A stretch of DNA of 63,315 bases from a bacterium. GTDB taxonomy: Bacteria; SAR324; XYD2-FULL-50-16. The stretch is from assembly GCA_032250835.1 (NCBI GenBank), contig JAVVEA010000020.1, positions 1 through 63,315 of the forward strand, in the 5' to 3' direction. Below, piece after piece: positions 48,339 through 57,666 of this stretch. Within the stretch, counting starts at the first letter, position 1. Every line of letters begins with the position of its first letter. Below the pieces are notes generated by a model, which made no database searches, was not told where the DNA came from, and saw nothing but the letters and a program-made list of their open reading frames with translations. Position numbers and translations under genes: made by a program.

Positions 48339-49240
48339 CCCCCCGCATTCCGCTTGAGCCCCTCTAGCCCGGCCCGTTTGAGGGGGCTGGTGATTTTTAG
48401 TTGGTCGAATTCGGCGGCGGTCCAACTGTGGACCCGCTCGAAGCTCAAGCCCCGCCACTTCTCGGCGAAGGCGTAGGGGCTGTCTGGGGGTTGGTCGGGC
48501 ACCTGGGCGTTGTAGGGGCAGCAGTCTTGGCAGCGGTCGCAGCCGAAGAGCTGGCCCTGGGTGGCTTTGGCTTGGGTGCTGGAAAAGGGGCCTTGGTGCT
48601 CGATGGTTAGGTAGCTGATGCAAAGGTTGGCGTCCACCATGCCTTGGGGCTTGATCGCGCTGTTGGGGCAAAAGTCCAGGCACAACCCACAGTCCCCGCA
48701 GCCCGCCGAGTCCACCGGCCCGCTAGATTCCAATTCCAAGTTGCAGACAATTTCCGCCAAAAAGACGTAAGAGCCCCATTCAGGGTGGATCAGCAGGCTG
48801 TTTTTGCCGATAAACCCCAGCCCTGCCTTCTGGGCCAAAATCTTTTCAGGCAAGGGGGCGGAGTCCACAAAGACCCGGCCTTCAAAGCCCTCAAACTCTT
48901 GGGCCAGTAGCGCCAAGGCGGGTTTGAGGCGTTTTTTGATCACTTCGTGATAGTCCCGGCCCCAGGCGTAGCGGCTGATCAGTCGCCCAGGCTCGGTGAA
49001 GCCTTCTGGCGCGGCGGTTTTGTAGGGTACGGCCAGGCAGATGATCGAGCGGGCCCCTGGCTGGATAGCCAAGGGGCGGCGGCGCAGCTCCAGGTTGCGC
49101 TCCATATAGCCCATGCCTGCCTGATAGCCCCGCTCTAACCAAGAGGCGAACCAATCGCCCAGTTCCAAATCGGCTGCGCCGACAAACCCAACGGAGCTAA
49201 AGCCCAGGCGGCCTAGAATCTCTTTGATCTTACCTTGCAT
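48335..49240 (-). CDS. queG: tRNA epoxyqueuosine(34) reductase QueG
   Basis: ISRYAWGRDYH, VDSAP..EK, GKNSLLI...GSYVFL, CGDCGLCLDFCP, CISYLTIE, FGCDRCQDCCPYN. Confidence 0.95.
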   Translation of the reverse strand: MQGKIKEILGRLGFSSVGFVGAADLELGDWFASWLERGYQAGMGYMERNLELRRRPLAIQPGARSIICLAVPYKTAAPEGFTEPGRLISRYAWGRDYHEVIKKRLKPALALLAQEFEGFEGRVFVDSAPLPEKILAQKAGLGFIGKNSLLIHPEWGSYVFLAEIVCNLELESSGPVDSAGCGDCGLCLDFCPNSAIKPQGMVDANLCISYLTIEHQGPFSSTQAKATQGQLFGCDRCQDCCPYNAQVPDQPPDSPYAFAEKWRGLSFERVHSWTAAEFDQLKITSPLKRAGLEGLKRNAGG

Positions 49241-49314
49241 TTGCCAAAAATCCGGTTAACAAAATCCTACCGACCTGCCTAGAATCGCCAAACACTCGTG
49301 ACTGAAGGAAACTC

Positions 49315-49950
49315 ATGTTGGAATATCTGGTTTTCGACTTAGAAACCCAGCGTTCGGCCCAAGACGTCGGCGGTTGGGACCACATCCCCGAAATGAAGAT
49401 GTCCGTTGGCGTACTCTACGACAGCCGCGACGGAAAGTTCCACAGCTATTTTGAATCCGACGTGGTGGCCCTGATGGACCACCTGCGCTCGGGCCCTTTG
49501 GTGATTGGCTACAACCACATGGGCTTCGATTATCCGGTCTTAAGCGGTTATTACCCCTTAGAAGAACGTGCCGAAGCGTTGCAGGGCTTTAAGGACCTTA
49601 AAAATCTAGACCTCCTGTTGGACCTGCGCGACCGCATCGGCAAGCGGGTTAAATTAGACGCCGTGGTCCGGCCTACTTTGGAAGTGGGTAAAAGTGCCGA
49701 CGGCTTGATGGCCTTAGAATGGTATAAAGAATACCTCGACGGGCAGACCGAAAAACTGGGCATGATCGCCGATTACTGCAAACAAGACGTGGCGGTCACC
49801 CGTGACCTCTTTGAGTATGGCCGCAAAACCGGAGAGGTCAAATACTTAGACCGCGACCGGGGGATTCTGGAAGTGGGCGTGGTCTGGGGCGAAGAGCCCA
49901 AAGCGGACGACCCGGAGCCAGACCAAAGCGAACAACTCTCATTCTTTTAA
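49315..49950 (+). CDS. RNase H-like (DnaQ/YprB-type) 3'-5' exonuclease domain protein
   Basis: VFDLETQ, GYN..GFD, YC.QDV. Confidence 0.85.
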   Translation: MLEYLVFDLETQRSAQDVGGWDHIPEMKMSVGVLYDSRDGKFHSYFESDVVALMDHLRSGPLVIGYNHMGFDYPVLSGYYPLEERAEALQGFKDLKNLDLLLDLRDRIGKRVKLDAVVRPTLEVGKSADGLMALEWYKEYLDGQTEKLGMIADYCKQDVAVTRDLFEYGRKTGEVKYLDRDRGILEVGVVWGEEPKADDPEPDQSEQLSFF

Positions 49951-49960
49951 AGGCCTAGGT

Positions 49961-50956
49961 TTGGAAAAGTTCTTTATCACCGGTTCGACCGGATTTTTAG
50001 GCCAGAATCTTTTAGAGCATCTAAAGGGCCGCCCCGTTAAACTCTACCTAGGCATCCGCGAACACCAGCCGGAAATGGACCCCCACCTGGACGTGGAACT
50101 GGTGCCCTATGACCAGTTGGACCAGTTGACCCTGGGCCCTGAGTTTTCGGTCATCCACCTAGCCGCCAGAGCCCACCGGATGCGCGATACCGCCGCCGAC
50201 CCAAAGACCGCTTTTATGGAGGCGAACCGCGACTTCACCCTGCGGCTCGCCGAAAAGGCGGTCCGCGAGGGGGCCAAAAAGTTTGTGTTCATCTCTTCGG
50301 TCAAGGTGATGGGCGACCGGGCCGGGTTTTATAAAATCGGCGACATCCCCCGCCCCACGGACTTTTACGGTCAATCTAAATATGAGGCCGAGCTGGGTTT
50401 GGCCCGCATCTTTGCCCATGGGCAAACAGAAGGCACGATCTTACGCCTCCCTATGGTTTACGGCCCCGGTGCTAAAGGGAACGTTTTGACGCTGTTGCAG
50501 GCCGCCAGCCGGGGCTTGACGCTGCCGCTGCGGGGGACCCGCGGCTACCGAAGTATGCTGTTTGTGGGCAATTTCCTCAGCGCTTTGGATGCTATTTTAG
50601 CGCGCTCGCCCAAGAGCGGGACCCAGTTGGGCACCTATTTCCTCAACGATTGCGACGACCTCACTTCGGCGGAAGTATATTCTATGCTCTACCGGGGCAT
50701 GCACAAACGAGGCGATGGCTTGGTTTGGCTGCCTGAACCGGCCATGCGCCTGATGGGGGCCATAGGCGGGGCGTTGCAATGGATCACGCGACTGCCCATG
50801 CCCGTAAATCCGGCGGTGGTCAGCCGCCTGTTCGACGAGTTCCGCTTCGATGCCGACCCCTTTTTAGAAGACTACGACTGGCGTCCGCCCTTTAGCCCTA
50901 AGGAAGGGCTTGAGGCGACCCAACGCTGGTATGGCGACGACGCCGACATGATTTAA
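49961..50956 (+). CDS. NAD-dependent epimerase/dehydratase
   Basis: TGSTGFLG, HLAARAH, SSVKV, YGQSK, RLPMVYGP. Confidence 0.92.
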   Translation: MEKFFITGSTGFLGQNLLEHLKGRPVKLYLGIREHQPEMDPHLDVELVPYDQLDQLTLGPEFSVIHLAARAHRMRDTAADPKTAFMEANRDFTLRLAEKAVREGAKKFVFISSVKVMGDRAGFYKIGDIPRPTDFYGQSKYEAELGLARIFAHGQTEGTILRLPMVYGPGAKGNVLTLLQAASRGLTLPLRGTRGYRSMLFVGNFLSALDAILARSPKSGTQLGTYFLNDCDDLTSAEVYSMLYRGMHKRGDGLVWLPEPAMRLMGAIGGALQWITRLPMPVNPAVVSRLFDEFRFDADPFLEDYDWRPPFSPKEGLEATQRWYGDDADMI

Positions 50957-50978
50957 TAAAACCTTATACCCCTCCAAC

Positions 50979-52232
50979 ATGAATCCCTCGCCCCGCAAAA
51001 AACTATTCACCCCCCTAGAGAAGAAGGGCATTTTAGGCCTGTCCTTGATCTTCTTCTTCCGCATGTTTGGCCTCTTTTTGATCCTGCCGGTATTCTCGGT
51101 TTTGGCCTCTGAAGAATTAGACGGCGCAACGCCGCTTTTGGTGGGTCTGGCGATGGGGGCTTACGGCCTCACCTCGGCGCTGCTGCAAATCCCCTTTGGG
51201 GCCTGGAGCGACCGAGTCGGGCGTAAAAAGGTCATCACCTTGGGGTTGTTGCTCTTTGTGGTCGGCTCGGCGATGGCCGCTCTTTCCACCAATATTTACC
51301 TGATGATCTTCGCCCGTTTGGTCCAAGGGGCCGGGGCGATCAGCTCGCCGATTTTTGCGCTCATTGCCGATTTGACTCGGCCAGAAGTCCGCGCCCGTGC
51401 GAATGCGGGCCTGGGGGCTTCGGTGGGGATGAGCTTCGGAATCGCCATGTTTTTGGCCCCTTTGCTGGCCGCTTGGGTGGGTCTTTCGGGTATCTTTTGG
51501 GTCATTGCCTTCATGGCGGCGACCGGTTTAGCGCTGCTTTGGTTAGTGGTGCCGGACCCGGAAGAAGAGCCGGTCCGCTCGACCGCTTCGCTCAAATCTA
51601 TGTTGGGTTTGGTGTTGAACCGTCCGCCCTTGATGACCATCAACCTGGGCGCGCTGGTGATCAGCATGGGCCTTTCGGCCACCTTTTTTAACCTGCCCAT
51701 GTTGCTCAAGGCCGAGGGGTGGGACAAGACGGAATGGTGGAAAATCTATCTTAGCATGTTAGCCGCAGGCGGCCTGACCATGTTACCGGCCGTGTTCTTC
51801 GCCGAGGCCAAAAATAAGTTTAAGCAGGTCATGACCGGCGGGGCTTTGGCGATTTTCGCCAGTTGGCTGGTTTCGGCCTGGGGTTGGGCGGATCGGGACT
51901 TTCCGGTGATGTTGGTGTCGATCTTCATCTTCTTTATGGCCTTTAACATCTTCGAGCCCATCTTCCCCAGTCTGGTGACGCGCTTCACGGGGCCTGAAAC
52001 CAAAGGCACCGCCAGCGGCGTCTATAACTTCAGCCAGTTTTTGGGGCAGTTTTTGGGCGGCGTTTTGGCGGGCTTGCTGCACGAGACCGACGGCCCGGTT
52101 TTAGCCGCAGTGATGACCGCGGCGACCTTACTCTTTTTGTTTAGATGCCTGAATTTTGAAAACCCCGAGGCGCGCAAACGCAAGCCGGAGACCGAAGAGG
52201 AGGCTCCGGTGCCCGCCGAAGCGGAAGTTTAA
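50979..52232 (+). CDS. MFS transporter (YajR-like)
   Basis: RMFGLFLILPV, SDRVGRK motif A, 12 TM, GTASGVYN.SQFLG. Confidence 0.9.
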   Translation: MNPSPRKKLFTPLEKKGILGLSLIFFFRMFGLFLILPVFSVLASEELDGATPLLVGLAMGAYGLTSALLQIPFGAWSDRVGRKKVITLGLLLFVVGSAMAALSTNIYLMIFARLVQGAGAISSPIFALIADLTRPEVRARANAGLGASVGMSFGIAMFLAPLLAAWVGLSGIFWVIAFMAATGLALLWLVVPDPEEEPVRSTASLKSMLGLVLNRPPLMTINLGALVISMGLSATFFNLPMLLKAEGWDKTEWWKIYLSMLAAGGLTMLPAVFFAEAKNKFKQVMTGGALAIFASWLVSAWGWADRDFPVMLVSIFIFFMAFNIFEPIFPSLVTRFTGPETKGTASGVYNFSQFLGQFLGGVLAGLLHETDGPVLAAVMTAATLLFLFRCLNFENPEARKRKPETEEEAPVPAEAEV

Positions 52233-52259
52233 ATCCGGCCAAAGAATAGGAGGTTATTT

Positions 52260-53474
52260 ATGAAGCTAGACGTCGAACAAAGCATTAAGGGCAGCCTACG
52301 GGGGGCGGTGTCGCAGGAGCTGTTCAGCAACAGCCTGCACTTTCCCTTGGCCAATATTTTGGTCGAGTTGCTGCATGCCGGTCCGGCGCTCTACCTAGCC
52401 AAGCCCGACCCTTGGGTCTTGGTTTTTGCTTGTTTGGTCCAGGCTTATTTGATGGGCCTTTGGCGGTTTCAGGAACGTACTTACGTCTGGGCTGGTAATT
52501 TGATTGGCGTAGGCATCTACACGCTCTACGAACTGGGTGCCGAGGGGTTTGAGGAATACATCGAAAGTCCCAACCACCGGGTTTATATCACCTTTTCGAT
52601 CTTGATCGGCTTGATCCAGCTGAGCCGCCAATGGGCACCGGGCTGGCTAGAAAAGGTCTTGCTTTTGGTCGAAAACGTGGTGCGGACGGGCATCATCATG
52701 GCCATGTTCTGGGTTATCGAGGTCGGCAAAAACCCCAACCATGGCTTGATCATCCGCTTCTTCGACAACGAAGGCCATGTGTTCATGACCCTGATCTTGT
52801 TGCTGTTGGGTCTGTTGATCGGCTCGGCCAACCTCAGCGCGCTGACCTACCAGGAACTACTGCAACGCACTGCCCAGCAGTTGCGCCGCTTTTCTGAGTG
52901 GCTCTTTGGCCGTGAGCTTTTGGGTGCGGTGATGAAGGACCAGAACCGCTTGGCCCTCAAGCGGACCGAACGGTCCATTTTGTTTATGGACATCCGGGGG
53001 TTTACCGCCTGGGCGGAGGCCAAGTCTCCCGAAGCGGTGGTCTCGATGCTCAACGGATACTTTGAGCTATGTGAGTCTGTCTGGGGTCAATGGGAGGCCA
53101 TCAAGGTCAAACACACCGCCGACGAGATCATGGCCATCTTCTCTGACACCAGCGCCGCCTACAACGCCGCCTTAGAAGCCCGCGCCTTGGTGGGCCCCTA
53201 CTTGGCCCAAGACGGCTTGGCCGCCGGGATCGGCTTGCATGTGGGTGAAGTGGTCGAGGGCCTGATCGGCTCGAAGGAAGTCAAAGTATACGACATCATC
53301 GGCGACACCGCCAACACCACCAAACGCATCTGCGACCGAGCCGAAGCCGGAGAAATCCTGCTTTCCGAAGAAATGAGCAGGCGCATCACCGACTTCCCCA
53401 CCGGAGCCGCCGCCCGCAAAATCGAAGTCAAAGGCAAGTCCGAACCCATCCCCGTCGTCTCGCTGGTGGGGTGA
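52260..53474 (+). CDS. Membrane-bound class III adenylate/guanylate cyclase
   Basis: TM N-terminus; LFMDIRGFT, KHTADE, GIGLHVG, YDIIGDTANTTKR, VKGK. Confidence 0.88.
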   Translation: MKLDVEQSIKGSLRGAVSQELFSNSLHFPLANILVELLHAGPALYLAKPDPWVLVFACLVQAYLMGLWRFQERTYVWAGNLIGVGIYTLYELGAEGFEEYIESPNHRVYITFSILIGLIQLSRQWAPGWLEKVLLLVENVVRTGIIMAMFWVIEVGKNPNHGLIIRFFDNEGHVFMTLILLLLGLLIGSANLSALTYQELLQRTAQQLRRFSEWLFGRELLGAVMKDQNRLALKRTERSILFMDIRGFTAWAEAKSPEAVVSMLNGYFELCESVWGQWEAIKVKHTADEIMAIFSDTSAAYNAALEARALVGPYLAQDGLAAGIGLHVGEVVEGLIGSKEVKVYDIIGDTANTTKRICDRAEAGEILLSEEMSRRITDFPTGAAARKIEVKGKSEPIPVVSLVG

Positions 53475-53521
53475 GGATATTGGGCGGTAGTCCGCCTTCA
53501 TGGGCCCGCTTGGCGATTGTT

Positions 53522-53552
53522 GTTTAAAGGCCTAACGATCAGGCCTTTAAAC
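53522..53552. terminator. Palindromic, probably bidirectional terminator
   Basis: GTTTAAAGGCCT-AACGATC-AGGCCTTTAAAC between convergent genes. Confidence 0.6.
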
Positions 53553-55031
53553 TCACTCTCCCTTATACTCGTTCAGCTTGTTGCGCAAGGTGCGGATGCT
53601 GATGCCTAGGATGTCGGCGGTCTTGGTTTTGTTGTCGGCGTTGGCTTCTAGGGTTTTGAGGATCACCATCTTTTCTACTTCCGCCATGGGGGTGCCCAGG
53701 GCGATGACCAGGTGGTTATCGTCGGCCGCTGGGGCCGGGGAGCCTTGGTTAGCCGCTGGGGCCGCCGGGCTGGCGGATTGGTCTTTGGGCCGGGCATGTT
53801 GGGGTTGGGTGATGGCCTTGGGCGTCATCAGCAGGTTTGAAACCTGGATCTGTCCGCCGCCGCAGAGCAGCAAGGCCCGCTCCATCACGTTTTCTAGCTC
53901 CCGCACGTTGCCGCGCCAGTTGTAGTTTTCCAGCAATTTGTAGACGTCTTCATGGACCGGTGGGCCCTCTATGCCGTTGATCTCGGCGTGTTTTTCAATG
54001 AAGTAATTGGCCAGCAGCCGCACGTCGCCTTTGCGCTCGCGTAACGGGGGCAGGTACAACGGGATCACGTTGAGGCGGAAGTAGAGGTCTTCCCTGAAGT
54101 CGCCTTGGTTGACCGATTCCATCAGGTCCCGGTTGGTGGTGGCGATCACCCGTACATCCACCGGAATCGACTCCGTCCCGCCCACTCGGTCCACCACGTA
54201 TTCTTGTAAAACCCGCAGCAGCTTGGCTTGTAGGCTCAAGGGCATTTCGCTGATTTCGTCGAGCAGGATCGTTCCGCCCTGGGCCTGTTCAAACTTGCCT
54301 CGGTGGTCGGCGGTGGCTCCGGTAAAACTGCCCTTGCGGTGGCCGAAGAGTTCGGATTCCAGCAGGTTTTCGGGCAGGGCGGCGCAGTTGACGGCCACAA
54401 AGGGGCCCTCAACGCGGTCGGAGCTGTTGTGGACATAGCGGGCCAGTAATTCCTTACCGGTGCCCGATTCGGCCTGGATCAAGACGGTGGCTTTGCTGGT
54501 GGCGATGCTCTTGGCGACGGACATCAAGTTGCGCATCCCTTCGTCTTGGGTGATGATGTCCTTGAAGCTGGCCTTCGAGCGGTCGCCGCCCTTCTTCTTG
54601 ACGCCCTTTTTGGCGGCCATGGCTTGCCCTTCGGGCACCGCCAAGGGCATGGGGGCTTGGTTGCGCGAAGCCAGAGCCCGCTCGATCAAGAAAATAAAGG
54701 TGTCGAAGTCAAAGGGCTTTTGGACATAGTCAAAGGCCCCGTGTTTCATGGCCGCTAGGGCCGTGTCGATGGTGCCGTAGGCGGTGATCAAGACCACCGG
54801 CGTTTCGGGCCTGTGGGCCTTGATGTCCTTGAGCAGCTCGATCCCGCTGCGCTTGGGCATGGTCATGTCGGTGATGACGAGGCTGTATTCCTTTTTCTTG
54901 AACTTATTGAAGGCGTCGATGGCGTTATGGCTCAGCTCCACGGGGAAACCGCATTTTTTTAAGGCGGCACTCATGGCGATGCGCATTTCCACTTCGTCGT
55001 CTACAATCAGGATCGGATGTTCAAGGTCCAT
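53553..55031 (-). CDS. Sigma-54-dependent response regulator (NtrC/FleR-like bEBP)
   Basis: REC domain, ESGTGKE, ESELFGH.KGSFTGA, FREDLYFRLNV, W.GNVRELEN, Fis-type HTH GISIRTLRNKL. Confidence 0.93.
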   Translation of the reverse strand: MDLEHPILIVDDEVEMRIAMSAALKKCGFPVELSHNAIDAFNKFKKKEYSLVITDMTMPKRSGIELLKDIKAHRPETPVVLITAYGTIDTALAAMKHGAFDYVQKPFDFDTFIFLIERALASRNQAPMPLAVPEGQAMAAKKGVKKKGGDRSKASFKDIITQDEGMRNLMSVAKSIATSKATVLIQAESGTGKELLARYVHNSSDRVEGPFVAVNCAALPENLLESELFGHRKGSFTGATADHRGKFEQAQGGTILLDEISEMPLSLQAKLLRVLQEYVVDRVGGTESIPVDVRVIATTNRDLMESVNQGDFREDLYFRLNVIPLYLPPLRERKGDVRLLANYFIEKHAEINGIEGPPVHEDVYKLLENYNWRGNVRELENVMERALLLCGGGQIQVSNLLMTPKAITQPQHARPKDQSASPAAPAANQGSPAPAADDNHLVIALGTPMAEVEKMVILKTLEANADNKTKTADILGISIRTLRNKLNEYKGE

Positions 55032-55034
55032 GGT

Positions 55035-56054
55035 TCACCAATTGGGGGTTTCGTTTTCTTTAAAGAGGGCCGCACCGAGGCTGGCCCATCGTGAGAATCC
55101 TTTCCCAGCCGCTTTGGGCTGGATTAGTTGCAACGCCAAAAGTTGGCGGGTCGCCGCTTGGCGGCGTAGGTATTCGTCGCTGGTGCCTAGTTCGTCGACC
55201 AAGCCCAATTCCAGCGCCGCCCCGGCATGCCACCATTCTCCGGTAGCGACTTGCTCTAACTTAATCTGCGGGCGGCCCTGCAACACCCAATCTTTAAAGA
55301 GCTGGTGTGCGGCGTCCACTTCTTCTTGGACCTTGGCCCGGCCCTTTTCGGTGTTCTCGCCGAAGAGGCTTAAAGAACGTTTGTGCTCGCCTGCGGTGAC
55401 CTGCTCAAAGTCGATTTGTTTGGCATCCAGCAGCCGCTTGAAGTTGGGCAGGCTGGCCACCACGCCAATAGAGCCCACCACCGCAAAAGGCGCGGCCAAG
55501 ATGTGATCGGCCACTGAAGCCATCAAATAGCCGCCCGAAGCGGCCACTTGGTCTACCGCTGCCGTTAATTTGAGTCCTTTGTCGCGCAGCCTTTTGAGCT
55601 GGCTCGCCGCTAGGCCGTACCCGGCCACCGCGCCGCCGGGGCTTTCGATTTTGACCAACACTTCGTCTTGGGGGTCCGCTAAATTTAAGATCCCGCTAAC
55701 CTCGGCGGCCAACCGCTGTGCCCCGCTGGCTTTGAGGTCGCCTTTAAAGTCGAGCACAAAGGTGCGGGGGCGTTTCTTGAGCTCGCTTTTAAGCTCTTTA
55801 AAGCGGCGCTTGCGGTTTTTATAGTCCGATTTGGAAAGACAGGCTTTAGCAAGGCTTAGGGCTTGGCGCTCAAAACGTTCGTTAAGCGAGACCACCTCTA
55901 GGTGTGCTCCCCTGCGCCCTCGGTTCTTTCGGCTGAGGCGCAAAACCCAGGCGAAGCCCAGGACCACCAACAACCAAATGGTCACCCCTTGGGCGACAAA
56001 AAGGGCGTACTGGAAGGCAAGATCAACGGCAAATTGGACACGGTCGTCGTACAT
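55035..56054 (-). CDS. sohB: Protease SohB (S49 family)
   Basis: N-terminal TM, ESPGGAV.GYGLAASQL, DQVAASGGY.MA, GSIGVV, VATGE.W. Confidence 0.9.
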   Translation of the reverse strand: MYDDRVQFAVDLAFQYALFVAQGVTIWLLVVLGFAWVLRLSRKNRGRRGAHLEVVSLNERFERQALSLAKACLSKSDYKNRKRRFKELKSELKKRPRTFVLDFKGDLKASGAQRLAAEVSGILNLADPQDEVLVKIESPGGAVAGYGLAASQLKRLRDKGLKLTAAVDQVAASGGYLMASVADHILAAPFAVVGSIGVVASLPNFKRLLDAKQIDFEQVTAGEHKRSLSLFGENTEKGRAKVQEEVDAAHQLFKDWVLQGRPQIKLEQVATGEWWHAGAALELGLVDELGTSDEYLRRQAATRQLLALQLIQPKAAGKGFSRWASLGAALFKENETPNW

Positions 56055-56291
56055 AGGCTCCCTGGTTTCCCCCTTATTACCTGATTATCAATGGCTTGAA
56101 AAGAGAGAAAGCGGAAGAAATTGCCGGTTTGTATTCTTTGGAACAGCCTTTGAATAGGTTATTGAGATAAGTGTTGAGGTACCTATAGTCCTGGCACCGC
56201 CTGCCTGGGGTATTGATCGGGGTCGAACTTCCTTTTTGGGGGGGATTCTGGTATGATTAGAGGGAGCGCTGCTTTAATAAAGGAGGTGTCT

Positions 56292-57260
56292 ATGTGGTGG
56301 GTTCTAAAAGTCCGAAAAATTGCCCTGTGGTCGCTGTTGCTCTGCTTCTGGGCGGGGCTCGGCTGGGCCGCTGAAGAAGGATTCAGCCCTGCCGAACGAC
56401 AGCTTTTGGTAGACGCCTATGTGGACCGGTTTGACCGTAGCTTTTTAGAGCAGACCTTCTTCGATCAGCGCCTCGATAAGGTGGAAATGCTGGTCAAGCG
56501 CAACATCCACAACCAAGAAACCGGGCGGGACTACGAAGATTTTAAAAGCAAGTACTCTATGTGGCTGGCCAAGAAGTTTCAGCGCAAATGGCGCACCACC
56601 CTCAAGCGAGCTTCCGAACAATTTGGGGTAGACCAAGAGGTGGTGGTGGCTATCTTGCTCGTGGAGACGGGCTTCGGCAACGTGATGGGCAAATATCCGG
56701 TGATCGGCACCTTTAGCTCGATTTTGGTGCAGTACGAACAAAATAAACACCTATATCCAATCGCCCCGGACGCCGACGAAGATCAGGTCTACTTCCTCAA
56801 CCGGCTAGAGCAAAAGGCCGCTTGGGCCAAGACCGAACTGGCCGCTTTGTTGACGCTGTCCCAGAAAAACCGCAAAAGCCCCTACCGCTATAAAGGCTCC
56901 TACGCCGGGGCCTTTGGGTTGCCGCAATTTTTGCCCTCTAGTTACTTAAAGTGGGGCTTTGATTCCGACGACAATGGCTCGGTAAATCTTTTTTATTTCC
57001 CTGACGCCATTTACTCTACGGCTAACTACTTAAAGAGCCATGGCTGGAAAGAGGGATTGCACCACTTTGAAAACCAGCGGGTCGTTTGGCATTACAATCG
57101 GTCTGCACCTTATGTGGAAACTGTATTGGAGATTGCAAAGAGTTTAAGAAAAAACAGGGCTGGAAAAAGCCCCCAACGGCCCGAAAACTTGGCGCTCAAT
57201 CAACCGGATAGGCGCGCCGAACGTGCTTCTGGCGGGAAAATATTTACTGACAAACTCTAA
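56292..57260 (+). CDS. Lytic murein transglycosylase, MltB/SLT_2 family
   Basis: AGGAGG RBS; ILLVETGFG, GSYAGAFGLPQFLPSSY, DSDDNG, ANYL..HGW, YNRS..Y. Confidence 0.88.
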   Translation: MWWVLKVRKIALWSLLLCFWAGLGWAAEEGFSPAERQLLVDAYVDRFDRSFLEQTFFDQRLDKVEMLVKRNIHNQETGRDYEDFKSKYSMWLAKKFQRKWRTTLKRASEQFGVDQEVVVAILLVETGFGNVMGKYPVIGTFSSILVQYEQNKHLYPIAPDADEDQVYFLNRLEQKAAWAKTELAALLTLSQKNRKSPYRYKGSYAGAFGLPQFLPSSYLKWGFDSDDNGSVNLFYFPDAIYSTANYLKSHGWKEGLHHFENQRVVWHYNRSAPYVETVLEIAKSLRKNRAGKSPQRPENLALNQPDRRAERASGGKIFTDKL

Positions 57261-57345
57261 GGTGCATGTTACCTTTTGGCCGACTCCCATGCCCATGTAC
57301 CCAGCGCATTGAAACTTATATTTCGTCTGACTTCGATCCGCTATT

Positions 57346-57663
57346 ATGTCGCCTAAACACGACCAGGGGCCCCTCGGGCATACCCAAACCCAGACCGAAC
57401 AAGGTCTTGAGCGGCCCCGTCAATATAAGGTTTTGCTGCACAATGATGACTACACTCCCATGGAGTTTGTTGTGCAGGTCTTGATGGAAATTTTTCACAA
57501 GGATGAGATGTCGGCCATGCGCATCATGTTAAACGTGCACAATCACGGTACCGGGCTCTGTGGTCGGTATTCCTTTGAAATAGCTGAAACCAAGATCGTT
57601 AAGGTCCACGAAATCGCCTCACAGCATGAATACCCGCTACGCGCGACCATGGAGGAGGAATAA
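57346..57663 (+). CDS. clpS: ATP-dependent Clp protease adaptor ClpS
   Basis: YKVLLHNDDYTPMEFVV, ML.VH..G, EIAETK, YPL. Confidence 0.97.
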   Translation: MSPKHDQGPLGHTQTQTEQGLERPRQYKVLLHNDDYTPMEFVVQVLMEIFHKDEMSAMRIMLNVHNHGTGLCGRYSFEIAETKIVKVHEIASQHEYPLRATMEEE

Positions 57664-57666
57664 ACT

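Noticed and set aside
52260-53474. Possibly inactive cyclase (KHTAD instead of KxxGD)
   Set aside because: Both metal Asp residues, the substrate Lys/Asp and the N-x3-R pair are present.
54316-54333. GSFTGA in place of GAFTGA in the sigma-54 activator
   Set aside because: A common natural variant; not evidence of inactivity or novelty.
56139-56154. Sigma-54-like site TGGAAC-N5-TTGAA upstream of the transglycosylase
   Set aside because: The -12 element reads GA rather than GC; too weak to call.
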